NCBI RefSeq assembly: GCF_000025945.1
Contig: NC_006138.1
Location: forward strand, 3,491,384-3,523,383
Length of the DNA stretch: 32,000 nt
Reading direction: 5' to 3'
Source of the DNA: Desulfotalea psychrophila LSv54
GTDB lineage: Bacteria; Desulfobacterota; Desulfobulbia; Desulfobulbales; Desulfocapsaceae
This document shows positions 25,982 to 32,000 of this stretch, piece after piece (the first letter of the stretch is position 1; the number at the start of each line of letters is the position of its first letter). The notes under the pieces are model-generated. The model was not told where the DNA came from and searched no databases. It worked only from the letters and a program-made list of their open reading frames with translations. The translations under genes were made by a program, and so were the position numbers.

Positions 25982-27496
25982 ATGCTTCTTCTCCAACCAC
26001 CATTTGTCAAATCCTGCGAGCCATCGGCGGCTCTCGCCCAATTAACTGCATATTTACGGGGAAACGGGGAGAGATGTTTTCCATACGACCTCAGTATTGA
26101 ATGTCTGCACCATCTTCTTGAAACCACCCCCGTGGCCAATGACACATGGTCCAAGAGGGCCTTTCGTAACAGAAAGGAAAATATCACCCTTTTAAAAAGT
26201 GGCAAGGGCTATACAAATTATTCGCGCTACGAACGAGCTGTCTCCGATATTAATCGAATCATAGAGATCGCCGGCAAGAGGCATGGTATCCAACTCAACC
26301 TGGAAAATTACCAGGACAGCAGACTCTCCCCCCTTAAGAGCGAAGATCTCCTCTATGCCATGGAGCACTATAGAGAAAACATATTCTTCCCCTACCTCGG
26401 CAAGAGAATTGCCTCACTGATCGACAAGCATAACCCCACCCGTATTGGCCTCTCACTCAACTTCCTCAGCCAGGCCCTGCCGACCTTTGCCATTATTGGT
26501 TTTCTAAAGAGTTCTTTCCCGGAACTAAAGATCATTGTGGGAGGTGGCCTCATAACAAGTTGGCACAAAAGCCCACAGTGGACCAATCCCTTCAAAGGAG
26601 TTGTTGACCAGTTTGTAGTAGGAGCAGGTGAAGCCCCCCTCCTGGAAATAGTTTCGGGAAAAACAGATGGAGAGGAACAGACACCCGAGCACAAAGATCT
26701 GCTCGGCAATAACTACCTCGCCCCAGGCTATATCCTCCCCTTTACCGCCTCCATTGGCTGCTACTGGAGAAAATGTTCTTTCTGTCCCGAGACGAGCGAG
26801 AATAGCCCATACATCTGCCTGAGCAACAATCAGGTACAAAGAGATTTAGGATCATTGATCGAAAAGACAAGACCACGGCTCATCCACTTCCTCGACAGTG
26901 CCATCAGTCCCAGACTCATGACTGACCTCATCCGCCAACCACCAGGGGTTCCATGGTATGGCTTTGCCCGCATCTGCGAACAACTCACCGATCCTGATTT
27001 TACCCGGGCCCTGAAAAAATCGGGCTGTGCCATGCTCAAGCTAGGTCTTGAATCGGGAAGTAGCTATGTGCTGGAGCAGATGAACAAGGGAATCAGCCTG
27101 TCGCTGGCCTCGCGGGTACTGCGCTCCCTTGAACAGGCAGGCATCGCCACCTATGTTTACCTGCTTTTTGGTACAGCATCAGAGGATATAGGTGAGGCAA
27201 GAAAGACACTTCGCTTTGCCAGCGAACACGCAAGTGCCATCACCTACACCAACCTTTCCATCTTCAACCTGCCCATCTGCAGTCAGGAGACAGAGACCCT
27301 TGAGACGATCAACCGCCATGAAGGCGATCTCACCCTCTACACAGATTTTATCCACCCTAAGGGTTGGGGCCGCAAAGAAATTCGTAAGTTCTTAAACAAT
27401 GAATTCAAGCGCCACCCACTGATCATGCCCATCCTCAGGGAGAATCCACCTTTTTTCAGCTCAAACCATGCACCATTTTTCCACAAAAACTCGTGA
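25982..27496 (+). CDS. B12-binding-domain radical SAM protein
   Basis: The N-terminal Rossmann-like region starts MLLLQPP, followed by the cluster motif GCYWRKCSFCPE and a TIM-barrel-like region (LKLGLESGS, YVYLLFG). I prefer the start at 25982 over the listed 25919. Confidence 0.75.
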   Translation: MLLLQPPFVKSCEPSAALAQLTAYLRGNGERCFPYDLSIECLHHLLETTPVANDTWSKRAFRNRKENITLLKSGKGYTNYSRYERAVSDINRIIEIAGKRHGIQLNLENYQDSRLSPLKSEDLLYAMEHYRENIFFPYLGKRIASLIDKHNPTRIGLSLNFLSQALPTFAIIGFLKSSFPELKIIVGGGLITSWHKSPQWTNPFKGVVDQFVVGAGEAPLLEIVSGKTDGEEQTPEHKDLLGNNYLAPGYILPFTASIGCYWRKCSFCPETSENSPYICLSNNQVQRDLGSLIEKTRPRLIHFLDSAISPRLMTDLIRQPPGVPWYGFARICEQLTDPDFTRALKKSGCAMLKLGLESGSSYVLEQMNKGISLSLASRVLRSLEQAGIATYVYLLFGTASEDIGEARKTLRFASEHASAITYTNLSIFNLPICSQETETLETINRHEGDLTLYTDFIHPKGWGRKEIRKFLNNEFKRHPLIMPILRENPPFFSSNHAPFFHKNS

Positions 27497-27506
27497 TGGC
27501 GATAAA

Positions 27507-27544
27507 GGTTTTTTGTCCCAGCTTACACTGGGACAAAACCTTTT
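27507..27544. terminator. bidirectional terminator between the convergent radical SAM and FKBP genes
   Basis: GGTTTTTTGTCCCAG / CTGGGACAAAACC (11 contiguous bp plus 2 more after a 2-nt bulge, 6-nt loop). TTTT follows on the plus strand and TTTAT on the minus strand. Confidence 0.75.
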
Positions 27545-27974
27545 ATGCGGATATCTCAACGAGTTCCAGGGAAAAGTCCAGATCTTTGCCAGCAAGGGGT
27601 GGATTAGCATCAAGAAGCATATGCTTCTCATCTAACTCAACCACTACAACACGAAGAACACCTCCATCGGGAGCACCCACCTCAAGACGCATACCAAGCT
27701 CTGGTCCTAAGTCGTCTGGGATTTGCTCCACGGGCACATCCATCATCATCTCTTCGTTGCGCTCGCCATAGGCCTTTGCTATAGGGATATGAACCTCTTT
27801 TGTTTCGCCCACGGCCATACCTAGCATTGCCTCATCAAAACCATCAATAACATCGCCGCTACCTACTTTAAAGGCAAGGGGCTCCTTGCCCTCTGAGCTA
27901 TCAAAGACAGTTCCATCTTGAAGCTTGCCTACGTAACGAACCTTTACCTTATCGCCCTTCTTTACTCCTGCCAT
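27543..27974 (-). CDS. FKBP-type peptidyl-prolyl cis-trans isomerase (SlyD-like, with insert-in-flap region, no His-rich tail)
   Basis: GDKVKVRYVGKLQDGTVFDSS...PLAFKVGSGDVIDGFDEAMLGM..GE ... ANPPLAGKDLDFSLELVEI. I prefer the start at 27974 (MAGVKKGD) over the listed 28163. Confidence 0.9.
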   Translation of the reverse strand: MAGVKKGDKVKVRYVGKLQDGTVFDSSEGKEPLAFKVGSGDVIDGFDEAMLGMAVGETKEVHIPIAKAYGERNEEMMMDVPVEQIPDDLGPELGMRLEVGAPDGGVLRVVVVELDEKHMLLDANPPLAGKDLDFSLELVEISA

Positions 27975-28273
27975 AACCTCTTCTCCCTCTGATTTGCCTC
28001 TTTTATAAAGAGAAATAATAAAAATAAAACCACTCAATTTTATCTGCAAACAATGCTCTATAAGCCGGAAAGATACAAGTTTATTTTTATCCGTCGGGGG
28101 CCGGACCGGTACCCGGGAAATAATGCGCATGGGACAGAGCTTTTCCACTTTTGCTTTACCCATCTCTGTAGTATCTATAGGCGGATGAGTTAGTTTTTAA
28201 GCGTAATATGAAAAAATGTAGTAGGATATAGGGTCTTATTAGATTTATAAAACTTTGACACTCGCGTACCATC

Positions 28274-30019
28274 ATGAATAAAACAAAAATAATTGCCACC
28301 CTAGGGCCCCAGAGCCAAAGCGTCGAGGAGATTTATTCCCTTATTCAAGCGGGAATGAATGTTGCACGGATAAACCTTTCCCATGGAGATGCTGAAAGCT
28401 ACAAGCATCTTATCAGTAATGTAAAAGAGGCTCGCAAGTTAGCAGAAAAAGATACCGCGATCCTACTTGATAACCGTGGCCCTGAAATTCGTGTTAGCGA
28501 GATGGAAGAAGATATACATCTCGTTGATGGAGAAGAGCTAGTCATCACCAACAGAGCTGAAACTGTTTCCCCATCGCGGATCACTACAAATTACCCACAG
28601 CTTGCAGGTGATGTCCAGGTAGGTTCACGCATCCTTCTCGATGACGGAAAGCTCGCCCTGGAAGTGCTTGCCATTGAAGATGAAGAGGTGATCACGAAAG
28701 TTATTGCCGGCGGAATCCTCAGTAGTCGTAAACGTGTTGCCCTCCCCGATAACGAGGTTAACCTGCCCTCTTTGTCAGAAAAAGACAAAGAAGATATCGC
28801 CTTCGGAGTCGAACAGGATGTTGATTTCATCGCTGCTTCTTTTGTTAGACAGGCAGGTGATGTCTGGGCGGTACGAAAAATCATCGAAGATAACGGTGGT
28901 GATCAGGAGATCATTGCCAAGATCGAGAACCGCCAGGGAGTAAACAATCTTGATGAAATACTGCAAGCAGCCAACGGAATAATGGTAGCTCGGGGTGATC
29001 TAGGCGTTGAAGTACCCGCCGAAGAGGTGCCTATTATTCAAAAAAGCATCATCAAAGCTGCAAACAGACTAGGCAAACCTGTAATCACTGCCACCCAGAT
29101 GCTCGAATCAATGATCACCTGCCCCACTCCTACCAGAGCCGAGGCAAATGATGTAACCAACGCTATCTTCGATGGCACCGATGCAGTAATGCTCTCCGGC
29201 GAAACAGCCATTGGTAAGTATCCTGTTCAGGCTGTAGCCTTTCTTGTCCGCTGTGCGACAATAGCTGAGAATGCCCTGGACTATGATCATATCCTGGCAA
29301 ATGGCCTGCAGAACCGAAGACCAACGATCACCGACTCTATCTCCTATGCAAGTTGTGCGACGGCAGCGGATCTTAAAGCAACCGCCATCATTACGGCAAC
29401 AAGCTCTGGTTCCACCGCTCGCATGGTGGCCAGATATCGCCCCAAGGCTCCCGTTATTGCCGTCAGCCCTTCGCCCAGCACCATTCGCCACCTTCAACTT
29501 ATTCGCGGGGTAACCCCCCTGCTCTGCAACTTTGGTTCCTCCATGGATGAGCAGCTGGATCGAGTCATTCATGCAGCAACCCTTGCAGAGCTTATTCATA
29601 ATGGCGATTTGGTCATTATAACCGCCGGCATGCCTCTTGGACCCACAGGGACAACCAATATGCTTAAGGTACACACGGTGGCAGATATTTGCGTTACCGG
29701 CCAGGGGATTGGGGTCAAGCATGCCCAGGGTGCCGTCCGCATTATTCAAGCAGAAGATGATTGGCAGGATCTCCCCGAACATACCATTGCGGTAGTATCC
29801 TCAACCAATGAATCCATGCTGAAACATCTCGGTAAGGTGCGTGGAATTATTGCAGAAGCACCGGGACTCACCTCACATGCGGCAATTGTTGGCCGCGAAC
29901 TGGGGATCCCTGTTATCTGTAATGTTACCAATGCCCTTATGCTCTTTGAAAATGACCAGGTTATCACCATTGATGGGACAACTGGCCATATCTGTTACGG
30001 AAGTACACAAAACACATGA
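28274..30019 (+). CDS. pyk: pyruvate kinase, long form with C-terminal PEP-utilizer mobile domain
   Basis: KTKIIATLGPQS, ARINLSHG, MVARGDLGVE and ATQMLESM motifs. The C-terminal extension of about 100 aa carries GLTSHAAIVGRELGIPVI, as in Bacillus/Geobacillus-type Pyk. Confidence 0.95.
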   Translation: MNKTKIIATLGPQSQSVEEIYSLIQAGMNVARINLSHGDAESYKHLISNVKEARKLAEKDTAILLDNRGPEIRVSEMEEDIHLVDGEELVITNRAETVSPSRITTNYPQLAGDVQVGSRILLDDGKLALEVLAIEDEEVITKVIAGGILSSRKRVALPDNEVNLPSLSEKDKEDIAFGVEQDVDFIAASFVRQAGDVWAVRKIIEDNGGDQEIIAKIENRQGVNNLDEILQAANGIMVARGDLGVEVPAEEVPIIQKSIIKAANRLGKPVITATQMLESMITCPTPTRAEANDVTNAIFDGTDAVMLSGETAIGKYPVQAVAFLVRCATIAENALDYDHILANGLQNRRPTITDSISYASCATAADLKATAIITATSSGSTARMVARYRPKAPVIAVSPSPSTIRHLQLIRGVTPLLCNFGSSMDEQLDRVIHAATLAELIHNGDLVIITAGMPLGPTGTTNMLKVHTVADICVTGQGIGVKHAQGAVRIIQAEDDWQDLPEHTIAVVSSTNESMLKHLGKVRGIIAEAPGLTSHAAIVGRELGIPVICNVTNALMLFENDQVITIDGTTGHICYGSTQNT

Positions 30020-31278
30020 AAAAATACGATGTAATTATTATCGGTGCTGGAGCCGCGGGACTTATGGCCGCCGGAGCCGCCGCCCAAGCAGGTGCCCACG
30101 TTGCTCTTTTTGAAAAGATGCAACAGACAGGACGCAAGATAGGTATTAGCGGCAAGGGAAGATGCAATCTCTCCAATAGCGCAGAGCTCCCTGAATTTAT
30201 CCAGCACTTTGGCAAAAACGGCAAGTTTCTCAGACAGGCATTTTCCCGTTTTTTCTCAAAGGAGTTGGTCGAGCTTGTGGAATCTCTGGGCGCCGACGTC
30301 ACCCTTGAACGCGGGGGCAGATTTTTCCCCACCAGCGGCAAGGCCCTCGATATTGTTGAGGCCCTTAATTTTTGGATTAAGGGTACCGGCGTAGAAGTCT
30401 ATCGTTCAGCACCCGTCCGTAAGATTCTGGTGAGCGACGAACGCATTTATGGCGTCAAAATCGCTGATGGCGAGGAGCTCTCCTGTTCCCGCGTCGTCAT
30501 CGCCACCGGTGGACTCTCTTACCCAAAAACCGGATCTACGGGAGATGGTTTCTCCTTCAGTGAAGAACTCGGACATACCGTCGTTCCACCACGTCCTGCC
30601 CTGGTACCTCTGACGAGCAAGGATTCCTTCATCCCAGAAATATCCGGACTGGATCTTCGTAACGTCCAGGCCCAACTTTTGGTAGACAACAAGAAGGTTG
30701 CCAGTCATTTTGGTGAGATATCCTTTACCACCTTTGGCGTTGCAGGCCCCATCGGCATCGGCCTCAGTGGTCAGGCCATAGATGCCCTGCACAAGAAACA
30801 GTCCGTGCAGATACACATTGATCTCAAACCAGCCCTCGATTATCAAAAACTTGATGCCCGTCTGATTCGCGACCTCACCACCAACTACAAAGATACAATA
30901 AAAACCATCCTGCGTGGACTCCTGCCCCAAAAGCTCATCGCCCTCTGTCTGCATGACTGTCAGATCGCACCACAGACTGCAGCAGGTACATTCCCCGCTG
31001 CTATGCGCAAAAAGATAGTCCACTGGCTAAAGAACTTCACCGTTACCATCAACGGTCATCGCTCCTACGATGAGGCTATTATAACCGCAGGTGGTGTCAG
31101 CCTTAAAGAGGTCTCACCCAAGACCATGGGCTCTAAAAAGATTACAGGTCTCTACTTCGCGGGAGAAGTGCTCGATCTCAACGCCGACACAGGTGGCTAC
31201 AACCTGCAGGCGGCCTTTTCCACTGGTTGGTTGGCTGGGAAATCCGCAGCCTCCTTTGCCAAATCTGATCATTCGTAA
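30016..31278 (+). CDS. HI0933/BaiN-family FAD-dependent flavoprotein (aminoacetone-oxidase-like)
   Basis: YDVIIIGAGAAGLMAA dinucleotide-binding motif, GRKIGISGKGRCNLSN, ITAGGVSLKEV and FAGEVLD..A.TGGYNLQ.AFSTG. The ATG overlaps the pyk stop (ATGA). Confidence 0.9.
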   Translation: MKKYDVIIIGAGAAGLMAAGAAAQAGAHVALFEKMQQTGRKIGISGKGRCNLSNSAELPEFIQHFGKNGKFLRQAFSRFFSKELVELVESLGADVTLERGGRFFPTSGKALDIVEALNFWIKGTGVEVYRSAPVRKILVSDERIYGVKIADGEELSCSRVVIATGGLSYPKTGSTGDGFSFSEELGHTVVPPRPALVPLTSKDSFIPEISGLDLRNVQAQLLVDNKKVASHFGEISFTTFGVAGPIGIGLSGQAIDALHKKQSVQIHIDLKPALDYQKLDARLIRDLTTNYKDTIKTILRGLLPQKLIALCLHDCQIAPQTAAGTFPAAMRKKIVHWLKNFTVTINGHRSYDEAIITAGGVSLKEVSPKTMGSKKITGLYFAGEVLDLNADTGGYNLQAAFSTGWLAGKSAASFAKSDHS

Positions 31279-31295
31279 CTGCCCGAGGAAGATCC

Positions 31296-31712
31296 TTGCC
31301 TGATATACGAATTGGTAATATCACCATCCCTGAGTATGAAGTCGAAACAACGGCCATACGTGCTCAGGGATCAGGTGGACAAAATGTCAACAAGGTGGCG
31401 ACAGCCATTCACCTTCGTTTTGATGTGGTTCAGTCTTCTCTGAGCGATGTTCAGAAAAGCCGGATCCTGGGTGGTGGCGACCACCACCTCACCGCCGATG
31501 GCGTCATCATCATCAAATCCCAGGCCTTTCGCAGCCAGGAACAAAACCGCCGGGCGGCAGAAGAACGTCTGGCAAAGATTATCGCCGCCGCCATGGTCGT
31601 GCAAAAGTCACGGCGAGCCACAAAACCCTCCAAGAGGGCACGAAAAAAACGGATGGAGTCCAAAAAACAGAAGGGAAGCACAAAGAAATTACGGGGTAAG
31701 GTGGATTATTGA
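31296..31712 (+). CDS. arfB: alternative ribosome-rescue factor ArfB (YaeJ-type peptidyl-tRNA hydrolase)
   Basis: It aligns along its length with E. coli YaeJ as I recall it: IP..E.E.TAIRAQGSGGQNVNKV.TAIHLRFD, then ..IIKSQ.FRSQEQNR, then a basic C-terminal tail. TTG start with GAGGAAG upstream. Confidence 0.9.
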   Translation: MPDIRIGNITIPEYEVETTAIRAQGSGGQNVNKVATAIHLRFDVVQSSLSDVQKSRILGGGDHHLTADGVIIIKSQAFRSQEQNRRAAEERLAKIIAAAMVVQKSRRATKPSKRARKKRMESKKQKGSTKKLRGKVDY

Positions 31713-31739
31713 GAAAAGCAGTTATAAGTTATGAGCTGT

Positions 31740-31766
31740 CAGTTATCAGTTATCAGTTATCAGTTA
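31740..31766. repeat. heptanucleotide tandem repeat (CAGTTAT), about 3.9 units
   Basis: Read directly from the sequence. Degenerate AGTTATA/AGTTATG units precede it at 31719-31733. Confidence 0.95.
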
Positions 31767-31801
31767 AAAGCAAAAGCAAAAGCAAAAGCAAAAGCAAAAG
31801 C
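31766..31801. repeat. hexanucleotide tandem repeat (AAAAGC)x6, perfect
   Basis: Read directly from the sequence. A degenerate version of the same array occurs on the other strand at about 14383-14411. Confidence 0.95.
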
Positions 31802-31808
31802 AGTTAAC

Positions 31809-31833
31809 CACAGAGTTCACAGAGAACACAGAG
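31809..31833. repeat. nonanucleotide repeat (CACAGAGNN)x3
   Basis: cacagagtt cacagagaa cacagagat, read directly from the sequence. Confidence 0.9.
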
Positions 31834-32000
31834 ATTTTTTTGGTAAACTGCCACTGCTTAAAAGCGAGATAAACAGCGAAAAAATCTAATATTCTCAATT
31901 CTTAGGCAAGACTCTGTAAGCGTACAAGGACATACTCCTCCTCTTGGTAAGGGGCTCTGGCGTTTATCGATTCCCCTAAAGTACAGCCCGTAGAGACGTC

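Larger units (their letters stand above)
31719..32000. repeat. modular non-coding repeat element, copy C (runs off the window end)
   Basis: Module order matches copy B read on its minus strand: AGTTAT-type units, GAGCTGTCAG, (CAGTTAT)n, (AAAAGC)6, CAGTTAACCAC, (CACAGAGNN)x3, the 23-nt block shared with copy A, then a block at 31971-32000 that is 29/30 identical to the reverse complement of 14261-14290. Confidence 0.85.

Noticed and set aside
28091-28117. GC-rich island ccgtcgggggccggaccggtacccggg in the AT-rich FKBP/pyk divergent region
   Set aside because: It contains several CCGG/GGTACC/CCCGGG palindromic hexamers but no stable hairpin or clear dyad. I cannot support it as a specific site from sequence alone.
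28254-28259. Consensus TTGACA just upstream of pyk as a -35 element
   Set aside because: It lies only 15 nt before the ATG, so a promoter using it would start transcription inside the coding region.
29108-31023. Large minus-strand ORFs (29108..29782 and 30406..31023)
   Set aside because: They are antisense shadows of the pyruvate kinase and HI0933-family flavoprotein genes.
31740-31833. Possible CRISPR array suggested by the regular repeats
   Set aside because: The units are only 6-9 nt, are directly adjacent with no spacers, and no cas genes are present. These are micro- or minisatellite-type tandem repeats, not CRISPR.
9263-32000. Interpreting the repeat family as an IS element or transposon
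   Set aside because: There is no transposase, integrase or other ORF inside or next to any copy, and I could not identify clear target-site duplications by eye. At most it is a non-autonomous (MITE-like) or structural repeat.

Overview
This is a gene-dense chromosomal window with about 26 credible protein genes. I found no rRNA or tRNA genes, no transposase, integrase or phage genes, and no CRISPR array. Most of the content is core metabolism, envelope and signalling. In order, the genes are:
- a 5'-truncated SAM methyltransferase
- an orphan SLOG-like protein
- carA-carB
- ftsH-folP
- a CcdA/DsbD-type membrane protein
- a three-gene ABC importer of the ABC_sub_bind type
- a Cys-poor Sir2 deacylase
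- an internally duplicated ZraP/Spy-like periplasmic protein behind a near-consensus sigma-54 promoter
- a spermidine-synthase-like protein
- a Cys-rich protein translationally coupled (ATGA) to an RluA-family pseudouridine synthase
- a PaaI-type thioesterase followed 6 bp later by a 1168-aa PAS-GAF-GGDEF-EAL membrane protein
- a Tim44-like protein
- a REC-GAF-HK-REC hybrid kinase whose first receiver has His at the phospho-acceptor position
- a B12-binding radical SAM protein with a CX4CX2C cluster motif
- an FKBP PPIase
- a long-form pyruvate kinase
- an HI0933-type flavoprotein
- arfB

The protein flavour suggests a Desulfobacterota (delta-proteobacterial) chromosome. That is an impression only and cannot be verified without a search.

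The most unusual signal is non-coding. Three intergenic sites (about 9263-9596, 14011-14460 and 31719 to the window end) carry copies of one modular, ORF-less repeat family. It is built from exact shared blocks (23 nt and 16 nt), 6/7/9/10-nt tandem arrays, and, in two copies, a 29/30-identical block linked to a GAGACG hairpin. One copy has long imperfect inverted arms, like a MITE or an intervening sequence.

A second notable site is a pair of divergent sigma-54-type promoters flanking a central 7-bp palindrome upstream of the ZraP-like gene.

I did not find a convincing new multi-gene system. The candidates listed are single genes, gene pairs or non-coding elements. All functional calls rest on motif recognition by eye, without database searches.
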